DNA from: a virus
Lineage: Duplodnaviria; Caudoviricetes
Strand: one strand, 5' to 3'
Length of the DNA: 64,000 nt
IMG/VR virus record: IMGVR_UViG_3300029305_004466
Both the position numbers and the translations under genes were made by a program. Of this stretch, positions 20,356 to 30,770 are shown one piece after another (the first letter of the stretch is position 1; every line of letters starts with the position of its first letter). The notes under the pieces were generated by a model that saw only the letters and a list, made by a program, of their open reading frames with translations, did not search any database and had not been told where the DNA came from.

Positions 20356-22181
20356 TATGCTTCACCTCCAAAGATATTTTCCATTTCTGCGTTTACTTCT
20401 TCATCTGTATAAGTAATACTTGAACCATTTGAAGTACCGTTTTCAGTATAGTATTTAATGCCAACGATTTTTGTAATGCCCTGATTATACGAAGAAATAC
20501 CATTATAATCCATAGCAACCGTCATTGCGTCATCAAAATGACAAGCAACCTTTCCTTTTGTGTAATCCCCCGATGGATAATATTCTATGCCTATATTCCA
20601 TGCTTGTTGATATGTGATTTCTTTTGTGGACACTATATTTGAATAAGCATGACTGGCAACATAAAATTCTAATTGGTCATAGTTTTCTATACTCTCACTT
20701 AATGTACAAGTGCCAGATACATAATTACCTTCAAATAATACTGTTTCTGTTCTTAACCCATGTATATTCATAAAGTAAGTGGGTTCATATTTGATACAAT
20801 AAAGAACTGCGGTGTTGGTAGGGCGAGAGGTATGTGTAAATGTTAATGAAGATGTCCATGCATCTGTAAAGCTTTTAGAGTTTCGAATGCTAGTATATTG
20901 ATTAATAATTTTATCAACATTTTTTGAGCCTAATGTAGTATTAGCCCAACCGATTGCTCCATTACTAACTCTTGTAAAAGAATCGGTAATAGTACCATCC
21001 TGATGTTCACCAACGTCTCCACCACTACCAGTATTTCTTAAAGCAGTACCAGTGCCTCTTAAAAATTCACCTCTTAAATCTGGAACAGCAAATGTGGTTT
21101 CGCCATCACCACCAAAGTAATTTGCAGTACCAAATTCATCTATAAAGTGTTGAGCAAGGTAAGGGTATTCAGATATGTTATACTCTGAACCATCACAAAT
21201 TAAGTAATGCTTTGGAGCATTATTACCCATATGACTGATGATATGACCCACAGGAGTATCTTCAAGCCCTTGTGTGGTATTGATATGTTCTGTTGGGTCG
21301 ATTACTATTTGTCTACCTATTTCTTGAATAGCAATAGTACAGAATCCTAAATTTAACCCAACTGTTTTCTCTGGAACGATACCAATATAAGTATCTTCAG
21401 TTAATTCACCAGATATATAATTTAAACCGTTAGTTACAAAATCTGGACCAGCTCCATAACAGGTATCATTTAATATATTATTGTTTGAATCAATAATTTT
21501 AAATGTAAGCCCACTAGCGGCTGTGACTTTATAAAATGTACCATATATAAAATAATTATGCCCTTTTTCTAATTTCACATAACCGTTTTCTGTAATTTCT
21601 AAGTTGGATATCCTATCAGTCAAATATGCTAATATATTTGTAGATACGTTTGTTATAACACTTTCGCCATTATTTTGAAAATATCCATACCCTAAATCAG
21701 TATTAACGTATTTTTGATATTTTTTAATTTCATCTATTCTATTAGTCAAAGCCTTAAGCTCAGTAGATTTATCTTCTACAAAGATTCCGTCTTCTTTCTG
21801 AGAAATAGCATTATTTTCTTCAGTACTTATAGATATTGTAATATCAGATAATAATTTATCTATTTCTTCTTTACTATAAGTTTCTGTCTTATTGTAATAT
21901 TCGCTTAAATCTATAGCTCCTGTATTTAAACTTCCTATTATTTCCCAACCAGTTGTTTCGTTATATGCATACTCATCATAGATGTTATTTTCATCTGTAG
22001 ATTCTGTATTTTTTAACATATAAATAGTGGAAGTAGAAATATCTTCTGTAGGTAATTCTTCTACCCAAACAATATTAAATGTGCTCATATTAGCAAGTTG
22101 AGTGTTTATCCACTCTTTTAAAGTGGAATTATTTTGCTCCATTGCTTTTTTAAGATTAGCAAGGGTTAATGTTTGTGCCAT
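20355..22181 (-). CDS. Fibre protein with collar domain
   Basis: Collar motif; VEELPT..IYM..NIYDEY...WEIIG module. Confidence 0.75.
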   Translation of the reverse strand: MAQTLTLANLKKAMEQNNSTLKEWINTQLANMSTFNIVWVEELPTEDISTSTIYMLKNTESTDENNIYDEYAYNETTGWEIIGSLNTGAIDLSEYYNKTETYSKEEIDKLLSDITISISTEENNAISQKEDGIFVEDKSTELKALTNRIDEIKKYQKYVNTDLGYGYFQNNGESVITNVSTNILAYLTDRISNLEITENGYVKLEKGHNYFIYGTFYKVTAASGLTFKIIDSNNNILNDTCYGAGPDFVTNGLNYISGELTEDTYIGIVPEKTVGLNLGFCTIAIQEIGRQIVIDPTEHINTTQGLEDTPVGHIISHMGNNAPKHYLICDGSEYNISEYPYLAQHFIDEFGTANYFGGDGETTFAVPDLRGEFLRGTGTALRNTGSGGDVGEHQDGTITDSFTRVSNGAIGWANTTLGSKNVDKIINQYTSIRNSKSFTDAWTSSLTFTHTSRPTNTAVLYCIKYEPTYFMNIHGLRTETVLFEGNYVSGTCTLSESIENYDQLEFYVASHAYSNIVSTKEITYQQAWNIGIEYYPSGDYTKGKVACHFDDAMTVAMDYNGISSYNQGITKIVGIKYYTENGTSNGSSITYTDEEVNAEMENIFGGEA

Positions 22182-22199
22182 TATTGCTTCCCCCTTTAT

Positions 22200-23219
22200 T
22201 TAGTTTTGACTTTCCATCTTTAATAAGAATCTACAAGCATGGGTTGTCATTGTTGCTGCATTATACTGAATATCCATCTGAACAGTGTAATCGCCCGGAC
22301 AGTAATATAATTCATTATTGATAGTGTAATAAGAATCTACATTAACTGTATCAGGTACTACATACATATTATCAAAGAATACTCTATTACCACAACAAAT
22401 AGGCTCCATTAACTGAATTTTGTTGTCTGGAACAGTTATACCTGCAACTGTGTCTGGTCCAGATAATTTCAAAAATATATTTCCATTATAATTTGGGTAA
22501 CTAGAATATGTTTGGTATGCATCGCCATTAGGAATTCTATAATATCCGTTATATTTGTGTAAATACCAATCTTCTGTCCATACTAAATGATGATAAGTGT
22601 ACGCTGATGTCGCACTTGCTCCTCGATTGGCAAAACACGCATTCGGATTAGCAGACTCATATACAACTTCTTTATTGTTGATATCTTTTCCTTTGATAAG
22701 ACTAAAAATTGGATATTTTAGCCCTGCATGTGTACTGTATGATGCAATAATCCAGTTATCGTTATAAACAACATTAATAGTATATTCTAAGCTTAATCTA
22801 TCGTTATAACTTGTACAAAGAGAAGCTTGTCGATTCATGCCACACATATTGTAACTGTCATTATAGGCACCTATATATTTAAACTCGCTTGTAAGAACCG
22901 CTGAGCCCGTTCTTGTAACTTGCGGAGTAACACCATAATAACTTTGTCCTGTTTGTGTAACTACAACAAGTACAGGAAACTGTAATCCAAACATTTCAAA
23001 ATATGGGCAATCTGTTTTTGCGGCATACGTATATTCTTCAGAAAAAGTAATATCCATTCCTGTTTGCTCAAGAACATTTTTTAAATCTTCAAAGAAAAAC
23101 TGTGACGCTTCTTGGTAAGCAGTTAATGCGGTAGCGGTTTTTAAATAATTATATGCATATACTGTCGTATTTGTTTGAGCAGCACATGTATGTGTAAAAC
23201 TTTTACTAATAGTTGGCAT
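22200..23219 (-). CDS. Putative fibre/receptor-binding protein (paralogue of 25157-26740)
   Basis: YPIFSLIKGKDINNK and YYTINNELYYC have counterparts in 25157-26740. Confidence 0.5.
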   Translation of the reverse strand: MPTISKSFTHTCAAQTNTTVYAYNYLKTATALTAYQEASQFFFEDLKNVLEQTGMDITFSEEYTYAAKTDCPYFEMFGLQFPVLVVVTQTGQSYYGVTPQVTRTGSAVLTSEFKYIGAYNDSYNMCGMNRQASLCTSYNDRLSLEYTINVVYNDNWIIASYSTHAGLKYPIFSLIKGKDINNKEVVYESANPNACFANRGASATSAYTYHHLVWTEDWYLHKYNGYYRIPNGDAYQTYSSYPNYNGNIFLKLSGPDTVAGITVPDNKIQLMEPICCGNRVFFDNMYVVPDTVNVDSYYTINNELYYCPGDYTVQMDIQYNAATMTTHACRFLLKMESQN

Positions 23220-23233
23220 ATTCTAGTCCTCCT

Positions 23234-23653
23234 TTATTCTGTAACTTCTATCAATTCAACTAATTCATTGGTAGAATGGGTAATAATGGCATCCTTTGTA
23301 TTCTTATCAGTTTTTTCTGCAACAAATGTTTCATTGGCAACAATTTCATCTCTAAAATTAAATACATTATTTGCATCAGTAGTAAACCATTCTATAGATG
23401 AAGTAAATACTCCCTTATAGCTATCTTTATTATTTATCTCTGCTACAAAAGTTGGAACATTAGTAATCGTTTTTAAAATTAAAGTAGCGTAATCTGGATA
23501 TAAAGAGCCTGCTCCGCCACTAATTTGTCTTATTAATTCACCATATTCTATAAGACGATACCCCTTTGTGTTTATACCACGCTCTCTAATTGCTTTTTCA
23601 ATATCGTTTACAGCATTTACTGTAGTCTGGATTCTTCCTAAGCATTCTTGCAT
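23234..23653 (-). CDS. Small fibre-associated protein (paralogue of 26741-27136)
   Basis: VNDIEKAIRERGI...IRQI. Confidence 0.55.
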   Translation of the reverse strand: MQECLGRIQTTVNAVNDIEKAIRERGINTKGYRLIEYGELIRQISGGAGSLYPDYATLILKTITNVPTFVAEINNKDSYKGVFTSSIEWFTTDANNVFNFRDEIVANETFVAEKTDKNTKDAIITHSTNELVELIEVTE

Positions 23654-23657
23654 TTCA

Positions 23658-25145
23658 TCATACCTCTCTATTGATAGAAGCTAAAATCTCAGATAATTGT
23701 GTTATCTGTTCTTGCATCAATACATTTTGTGCTGTAAGTATTTCATTTTGTTTTTTAAGTGTGGCGATTTCTTCATTTACTTGTTCTACTGGTACATTTA
23801 CAAAATAGTATGTAGGTTCGTATTTAATACAACATAAAACAGAGATATTAGCAGGTTGATATATAGTTTCTGTATTACTATCTTCATCAGAACCCCTGTA
23901 CAAAACTGGAGTCCCCCAAGTTTCTGTTTCTATTTGAGCACTTTTTTCTTGTTTACCTATATCTGTTATAGCACCTTTAAGATAGTCGCCTGTTAAATCT
24001 GGAACTGCAAATGTTGTAATTCCGTCACCACCATAGTATTTTACAGTACCGAACTCATTTATAAAATGCTGAGCTAAGTATGGATAGTCTTCAATATTGT
24101 ATTCTGAGCCATCACATATAAGATAGTGTTTTGGAGCTTTAGTCCCTATGTGGGTAAGTATATGCCCTATAGGAGTATCTTCAATACCTGAGTTTTCATT
24201 TATATGTTCTAATGGGTCGATTGCTTGAGCTCGCCCTATTTCTTGTACGTTGAAATAACAGTCAATCATTGTACCAATGTTTGAATCTATTGGATTAATA
24301 TACGTTGAACTGCTACGTACATATATTATTTTAATAGCAACATACATATCTTCTACAGGACTAACTATTAATGTACTAGAAGTCATCCCAGTAGCATCAC
24401 TACCAAAATCATTAGTAAATGGACATAACCAAATATTATTACATAAATTTATATCATTTGTTATGTCCTGTAGCGTACAGTAAATATAACCGCCACCATT
24501 TCTATAAACAGAAAGTGCTGCACTTATTTGATATGACTTACCTGCTCTTAATCTAACTGAGTAATTTTCTAAGTTATAACTTATATTAGAGCTTTTTGAA
24601 ACAATAGTATCAAATTTTACAAACTCATTTAAAACTGCTGTTTGCGAATCGCTCATTTTTAACGATATGTACTCAAGTTCTGTATTTACATATTTCTGAT
24701 ATAAGTTAATGTTATTGACTTTGTTTTTTATAGTATCAATAGTTTTGGTTTTATCTTCTACATAAATACCATTCTCTGTTTGTTGAATAGCATTATTGTC
24801 AGCAGGATTTATTTTTACTTCAGATACTGAAGGAACATATAAACCGTCTTCTTTTTTAATAATAGCATTACCAGTCACGGTACTGATATTGGTATCACTA
24901 ACATCAGGTACATATATGCCATCGTCTTTTGCAACGATGGCATTACCTTCTTCTGCACTTATGTTAACACTTTTTGAATCAACATATTTCTTTGTTGCTG
25001 GGTGATAGTCTGCTGTAGGAGTATACTCTATGATATTAGTTTTTGATAAAAAATTCTCTGCTGCATAACTAACACCAGAAGTATAGTCAATATATTCTTT
25101 TAATTGACGAACAGTATTTAATAACTGTTGCTTCGATACTCCCAT
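23658..25145 (-). CDS. Fibre protein with collar domain and NAI..K.DG.YV repeats
   Basis: Three IS...NAI..KxDG(I/L)YV repeats, collar motif, C-terminal coiled coil. Confidence 0.75.
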   Translation of the reverse strand: MGVSKQQLLNTVRQLKEYIDYTSGVSYAAENFLSKTNIIEYTPTADYHPATKKYVDSKSVNISAEEGNAIVAKDDGIYVPDVSDTNISTVTGNAIIKKEDGLYVPSVSEVKINPADNNAIQQTENGIYVEDKTKTIDTIKNKVNNINLYQKYVNTELEYISLKMSDSQTAVLNEFVKFDTIVSKSSNISYNLENYSVRLRAGKSYQISAALSVYRNGGGYIYCTLQDITNDINLCNNIWLCPFTNDFGSDATGMTSSTLIVSPVEDMYVAIKIIYVRSSSTYINPIDSNIGTMIDCYFNVQEIGRAQAIDPLEHINENSGIEDTPIGHILTHIGTKAPKHYLICDGSEYNIEDYPYLAQHFINEFGTVKYYGGDGITTFAVPDLTGDYLKGAITDIGKQEKSAQIETETWGTPVLYRGSDEDSNTETIYQPANISVLCCIKYEPTYYFVNVPVEQVNEEIATLKKQNEILTAQNVLMQEQITQLSEILASINREV

Positions 25146-25156
25146 GTTATAGCCTC

Positions 25157-26740
25157 CTATTCTGTGATTGCATCATCTATTCTCATTAGTATTGCAGGAT
25201 TAAGAGCTACAGCCCATGCTTTTTTATCTGCATCTAATACAGTAGAATCTTCGTATATATTTTTTTTCATTTTACCAAATGAATTAGCGTACATATTTAA
25301 GAAATCAAACGTTGGTGTTAATCCAAGATTTGGGCTCCAAGCATATGCATCCCAATCACCAATAGAGTAATGTAACCCAAAATAAAATGCAGTAGCACCT
25401 TTATGTGTTGCTAATTTATTAAAATAATTAGTATCCATGTAAGATTTCCATGTATCAACTGTCATATTGTTATATAATCCAACATAATCGGTAATTAAAT
25501 GATTATACATACACCAATATTTTTCATCTTCAACATCATAGTAATAATTAGATTGTACAGGAATATCTATTACTATTTGATTAATGCCGTATACCACATA
25601 TTTGCCAGAATTTGCTATTGCATTACCTTTAAGTATCATGTCTGGATGAATATTAAAATTCCAATCTAAATATAGAGTATCCTCTAGTTGCGTATATGTA
25701 TCATCAGTATAATACATTAAATTATTCCCTGAACAAACGAGTGCAGAATCTAATGAAGCTGTAATATAGGGACTACCAATATTAGATGTATTAGTAGTTT
25801 TGTCATAAGACGGGCTATTATTGTAATAACCGTGATTTAAGGCTGCTTTAGCATATGAATTAACCATATTAAAGAATCCAGTATTATCATCATTTGCTAT
25901 ATATGCGTATTTGTAAGTATTTAATGTTGGACCATAAACTGCCCAAGCATTAGAGGTATTTACTGGTGTCATTCTATTATCTAAACTGGTTAAAGCCGTA
26001 TTTGTATTAACATAAGGGGTGCTAAAAATAAACGGAACTCTTTCTAATTTTTTGCCAAGTATTAAGATGTCTTTATTATTTAAGATGTCTTTTCCTTTAA
26101 AAATATTAAATAATGGATATTGATATCCTTTATTATCTTGTCTTTCGTTATATATTTGAGTAGAAAAACAAATACCATCATTAGAACATCTTAAAGTTAC
26201 ATAAAGCATGTATTCTATGTTACCATCATCATCGGTGTTTTTATAAAAACTATTTGCACATTCCCATCCACTGTAATCTATAGTTGAATCTGTCGCATAT
26301 TTACTTCCTTCTCTTTTATAAACATTTCCTGCATTAATAAGGCTATGTTGTAAAAAGTGATTGTAGCGTTCAACAGGTGTGCCTAAATTACTAGTTGGAT
26401 GTTCATTAGCAGTACTATGATATTGTTTATTACGTTTATATAAAAAGTTAATACCCGGTCCTGCAATATTAATTGTATTCTTAGCTCCTGCAATATTTAC
26501 AAAGAATAATTTTAATCCCCAGATAGTAAGGCTTTGTTCACCTTCATCTTTTGCGATATCTTTAAAGCCTGCTTGTACTAATAAATCATAGCAAGTTCTT
26601 AATAAAAAGATAGAACTCATATATTGAGGATAAGGGTAATCAAATCCTTCTGTCGGTGACATATTGTTAAAGGTTTTTGTTTCAGCTAATAATGAGTTAT
26701 CTACGTCTGCATAGGTGCATAAATTTGACATTACTGGCAT
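25157..26740 (-). CDS. Putative fibre/receptor-binding protein
   Basis: Tyr/Asn-rich beta protein within the fibre cluster. Confidence 0.5.
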   Translation of the reverse strand: MPVMSNLCTYADVDNSLLAETKTFNNMSPTEGFDYPYPQYMSSIFLLRTCYDLLVQAGFKDIAKDEGEQSLTIWGLKLFFVNIAGAKNTINIAGPGINFLYKRNKQYHSTANEHPTSNLGTPVERYNHFLQHSLINAGNVYKREGSKYATDSTIDYSGWECANSFYKNTDDDGNIEYMLYVTLRCSNDGICFSTQIYNERQDNKGYQYPLFNIFKGKDILNNKDILILGKKLERVPFIFSTPYVNTNTALTSLDNRMTPVNTSNAWAVYGPTLNTYKYAYIANDDNTGFFNMVNSYAKAALNHGYYNNSPSYDKTTNTSNIGSPYITASLDSALVCSGNNLMYYTDDTYTQLEDTLYLDWNFNIHPDMILKGNAIANSGKYVVYGINQIVIDIPVQSNYYYDVEDEKYWCMYNHLITDYVGLYNNMTVDTWKSYMDTNYFNKLATHKGATAFYFGLHYSIGDWDAYAWSPNLGLTPTFDFLNMYANSFGKMKKNIYEDSTVLDADKKAWAVALNPAILMRIDDAITE

Positions 26741-27136
26741 TTAGAATTCCTCTCTTTCATTAGTTATTGTTGCAGGGTTATAATCGTGTTGATATTTAAA
26801 TCCTGTTATTTTAGTTATTCTATGAGGGTCATGTATTTCATTATATACAGAATTATTTGGGTCACTGATTGTAATTGGTACAGTTAATTTGCAAGCAGTT
26901 TCACCTTCTAAATCTCCTTCAAAAACAATAGGAGTGATGGGTTGACTTCTCATTCCAGTTTGCATTCCGAAGAGAGCATTGTCATCGCCCCCTTCGCTAC
27001 GATGCAGTTTTCTAATTTCATTGCCGATTTTTTCTAATGGGAATTCATCACATTTAATACCTTTTTCTTTTAAGGCACGATAAATATCATTTACCCATAA
27101 CTGAGTGTAATTTAATTTATCTACAACTCTTCCCAT
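26741..27136 (-). CDS. Small fibre-associated protein
   Basis: VNDIYRALKEKGI...IRKL. Confidence 0.55.
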   Translation of the reverse strand: MGRVVDKLNYTQLWVNDIYRALKEKGIKCDEFPLEKIGNEIRKLHRSEGGDDNALFGMQTGMRSQPITPIVFEGDLEGETACKLTVPITISDPNNSVYNEIHDPHRITKITGFKYQHDYNPATITNEREEF

Positions 27137-28962
27137 TATACCACCACCCTATTGATTTCATCCAATGTTTTAGCTATATCAGGTATTTCTCCCAATATTT
27201 CTTCTACAGCTTCATATATTTCTTCATCGGTATAATTATTGCCATTTAATTTATCTCTAACTTCTTGAGATAAATCATTTTCTTCAATAGTAACTTCATA
27301 ATGTTCTTTAATAACTGTTGCACCATTAAATGTTGGAGCTCCGTTACTCTTTACGATAGCATAACACGGTTCTCCAAAATATGTTTCAAAGTCTGTTCCC
27401 TGTGGACAGGTAATACCAATATTATGATAGAAACCACCATCAGTGCCACCATACCATGTTTGTTCTTTTGTTAGACTACCAACTGTAATAGTGCCATCAG
27501 CAAAAATAGAATTAGTTTCATAGTATACTTTCCATGAACCGCTACCAGTTCGCTTAATAATTTTTGAATATCCTACACGTACACCACTTTGAGTATAAAT
27601 ATCACACAAGACATCAGTTTCTCCGCTGTATGTACCTGCTGTTTCATATGGAAGTTTATTACTAGTGCCTGATGTAGTCCATCCAGCTTTTGCGTAAAAT
27701 GTGTGTAATTTACTAACATCAAATTTATAGAAAAAAGTATTGATAACTTCAGAATGAGTATATTGCTCATAAGGTTGAACTTCTGCTGGAACAAATCTAT
27801 AATCAATGGATTCTTCCAAACTTTGTTTGGTTACATAATCGTCTAATGCTTTTATATTACTTGTATCGACATATAAGCCATCGTCTTTGATTACTAACCC
27901 ATTGCCTTGTTCCATTGACAATAAAGCTGTTGCTTTTAATGGGCCTTTACCACTAAAGTAAATATCTTTAAAATAACTGTTAGCTTGAGACTGATTACAG
28001 TAACCATATTGTACTTTACCTCTAAATAAATATCCCCAAGAATAATCGTCTAGGTCTATTTCTATAAGAGTGTTAGGGTTAATCTCAGTGGAGTTATAAT
28101 TAGAGGCAGCACAAGTTATGGTAGAGCCTGCTTTATTTACTTCTAATGTAATTGAACTTCCACTCCAACCGCCTGTACTATGATTGCCCGGAATTGTTCC
28201 ATTTTCTTTATTACCTTTAGTAAATAATATTTGTTGGTCAGGTAAACTTTTATCATATACCAAAGCATAGTAATAACCGCCTACATGACCTTCTCCACCT
28301 TTATTAATTACAACAGATAATGTATGCGGATAACCGTTTTCATCTGTTGCATATGCTATAATAAGACCATTGCCATCATTATCAGAATCGCCTGATTTCA
28401 ATGTTGCTCTATGGGTATAAGTTCTATATCTTACAGTAGATACAAAACCAGTGAATGTTGCTGTATTTTGAGGTTGTACGAATGAATCTAAGTTATTATC
28501 AAAATACCATGCATTTGCTTCAGATTCATTTGCTACATTGGTCCATGAACCATTGTGTGCAAATCTTGTTCCAGACTGATACATGGTTTTAAGGGTTTCG
28601 CCTTTACCTTCGGTAGTAAGATGAATACTAGCAGTATCTTCTGTGTCTATATCAAGATACTTATCAACATATAAACCTGTTGTTTTAATTTCTAATGCGT
28701 TATCTTCTGAATTAAATATATTAACATTACCAGTTAATGTTTTTGTATCTTTATCGTAATTTAGAGTTAATGATGGGGTATTTATGATATTATCAATGCT
28801 TGCTGCATTTTCAATATCTATATCTATTTGTTTTAACCTATCTTCAAGTCCAGTAATAGCTGAGATAGGATGTTGGTCAGGTAATTCCCGATTTATTAAA
28901 TCATTATGGTTGTATGTACCTGCACCATTGTTTACGCCATATTTCACAAGCCTAACGCCCAC
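27136..28962 (-). CDS. Fibre protein with lectin/ConA-like domain
   Basis: HNDL.NR..PDQHPISAITGL fibre motif; DSDNDGNGLIIAY...GKVQYG beta-sandwich. Confidence 0.6.
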   Translation of the reverse strand: MGVRLVKYGVNNGAGTYNHNDLINRELPDQHPISAITGLEDRLKQIDIDIENAASIDNIINTPSLTLNYDKDTKTLTGNVNIFNSEDNALEIKTTGLYVDKYLDIDTEDTASIHLTTEGKGETLKTMYQSGTRFAHNGSWTNVANESEANAWYFDNNLDSFVQPQNTATFTGFVSTVRYRTYTHRATLKSGDSDNDGNGLIIAYATDENGYPHTLSVVINKGGEGHVGGYYYALVYDKSLPDQQILFTKGNKENGTIPGNHSTGGWSGSSITLEVNKAGSTITCAASNYNSTEINPNTLIEIDLDDYSWGYLFRGKVQYGYCNQSQANSYFKDIYFSGKGPLKATALLSMEQGNGLVIKDDGLYVDTSNIKALDDYVTKQSLEESIDYRFVPAEVQPYEQYTHSEVINTFFYKFDVSKLHTFYAKAGWTTSGTSNKLPYETAGTYSGETDVLCDIYTQSGVRVGYSKIIKRTGSGSWKVYYETNSIFADGTITVGSLTKEQTWYGGTDGGFYHNIGITCPQGTDFETYFGEPCYAIVKSNGAPTFNGATVIKEHYEVTIEENDLSQEVRDKLNGNNYTDEEIYEAVEEILGEIPDIAKTLDEINRVVV

Positions 28963-28978
28963 AATGATATCCTCCTAT

Positions 28979-30268
28979 CTACTCTATATTTATTTTAAAT
29001 CTATAAGCCCCCGGCTTTTTGTAGAAGTTCTGTATCATCTTATCTGTTAATTTAACTAATACACTTTTACCTTCACTAGGTTTAATACTAGGTATTGTAA
29101 CAGAATCAGAGAAAGAGTATTTTTCTTCGTTTTCATCATATAATGATATTCCTATTGTTTCACTACCATCAAAATATGGAGAATAAGAAGTAATATTTAC
29201 ATTAAGATTCTGTAATTCGTACTCTTCTTGGTTGTAAATATCAATTCTTACAGTTTGGTCATGATGATAAAAAGTACCCAAATCAAATAAGTCTTCTTGA
29301 TTAAGTTCCTGATTATCTATGCATACTTTTATATCATACCAATATGTGTATTTATCTCCACCAAGTAATTGAGGTATTGTGTATTCATATATGATGTTTT
29401 TATTTTGAAGAACTACTAATCGTACATTATCGAAAGGCATTCTTAACAATGTTGTATCAATATAAATTCTGTTACCTTTTCTTGCGATAGTCTTCGAATT
29501 CATATCGTATATTAATGCCCCATCTTCCGTTCTTAATTCGATATCTTGATTCTCTTTTATGTTTTCTATTATAACATAATTATTACCATATATAACAGCA
29601 TATTCTACATAAAAATTACTGTTGGTTATTTCTTTCTCGAACGAGTATAAGAAAAAGCCTATTCTATTGGAATCTGGTAATTCTGTATTGCCTACCTCAA
29701 TCCAGTTTACGCAATCTGCACTAGCCAAGAAAGTATAACGTGAGCCTGTTTTAGTAACCTTAATATATGGATACATCATATCTATATAAGTATCTGAAGG
29801 CTTATCTACAGGTATATCCCCACCTTCAGAAGGTTCTTCATCAATTTCAGGAATATCAGGTGATGTTTCACTTCCATCATCTATCGAATATTCAACGTAT
29901 TTATTCAATAAATCATCAACAAAATCAATGATTATTTGTTCTGTTCGACTTGAATTTGTTATATAGCTTGGAGTTTCCATTATACAACTTTGACATTCAA
30001 CATAAAAGGTGTCATTACTCATAATAATGACACCTCCTATATCATCAGCATCAATCGGCTTATGATTTATTTTACACATGAAAGAGAAGTTACCTTCTGG
30101 AGATTCCAGTGTAATTGTTTTATATAAATCTGAGTGGATGATTCTGAGACCGCCTTCTCCAAATTCTATGTTTTGATAGTTATCTGGAGAAGGAGTCCAT
30201 ATCAAAGAACTTTGTTTAAAGTCTTCGTATAATAGTAGTCCAGATTCTGCCTTATTTATTTTAGGCAT
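28979..30268 (-). CDS. Structural protein with ConA-like beta-sandwich
   Basis: YIKVTKTGSRYTFLASADCVNWIEVG pattern. Confidence 0.5.
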   Translation of the reverse strand: MPKINKAESGLLLYEDFKQSSLIWTPSPDNYQNIEFGEGGLRIIHSDLYKTITLESPEGNFSFMCKINHKPIDADDIGGVIIMSNDTFYVECQSCIMETPSYITNSSRTEQIIIDFVDDLLNKYVEYSIDDGSETSPDIPEIDEEPSEGGDIPVDKPSDTYIDMMYPYIKVTKTGSRYTFLASADCVNWIEVGNTELPDSNRIGFFLYSFEKEITNSNFYVEYAVIYGNNYVIIENIKENQDIELRTEDGALIYDMNSKTIARKGNRIYIDTTLLRMPFDNVRLVVLQNKNIIYEYTIPQLLGGDKYTYWYDIKVCIDNQELNQEDLFDLGTFYHHDQTVRIDIYNQEEYELQNLNVNITSYSPYFDGSETIGISLYDENEEKYSFSDSVTIPSIKPSEGKSVLVKLTDKMIQNFYKKPGAYRFKINIE

Positions 30269-30280
30269 ATAAACACCACC

Positions 30281-30760
30281 TTATACGATTTCAATATACT
30301 GGTCTATTGGAATAACCTTACCAATCTTAATATTTTCATGTCCGATATGATTAGCAAGGGTTTTAACTTTTGCTAATGCAGACTGTAAAGAGCCATGGAC
30401 AGAATGTACGAACCATGGTGATAATGGCATTCTTTCCATACGGTCTTTCAATACATACGGATAATTACTTGAACCACCATTTGAGTATTTAAATTCTCTT
30501 GAACGGTATACGAAGAACATATTGAATTTAGGGTTATCGTAATTGTTACCATAAATCAATAAATCTTGTACTTCTTTTTCTTGAGTTGCACTCTGATTTA
30601 AACAATACTTAAAAGTTTCTACTGCATAATTATCTTTATTTGCATTAGCGGGAGCTGTATCAAATGCGGATACCCAAGTTTGATTAACTACATTAGTAAT
30701 AGGCATTTTCATGTCTAAATTATAGTATCTGCATAATACTTCATATTTTGTTACTGCCAT
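30281..30760 (-). CDS. Hypothetical protein (short paralogue of 30771-31748)
   Basis: Shared N- and C-termini. Confidence 0.65.
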   Translation of the reverse strand: MAVTKYEVLCRYYNLDMKMPITNVVNQTWVSAFDTAPANANKDNYAVETFKYCLNQSATQEKEVQDLLIYGNNYDNPKFNMFFVYRSREFKYSNGGSSNYPYVLKDRMERMPLSPWFVHSVHGSLQSALAKVKTLANHIGHENIKIGKVIPIDQYIEIV

Positions 30761-30770
30761 GATATACCTC

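Noticed and set aside
15395-25145. Diversity-generating retroelement or invertase shufflon acting on the fibres
   Set aside because: There is no reverse transcriptase or recombinase in the window. The repeats are all direct, and differences appear mostly synonymous rather than adenine-specific.
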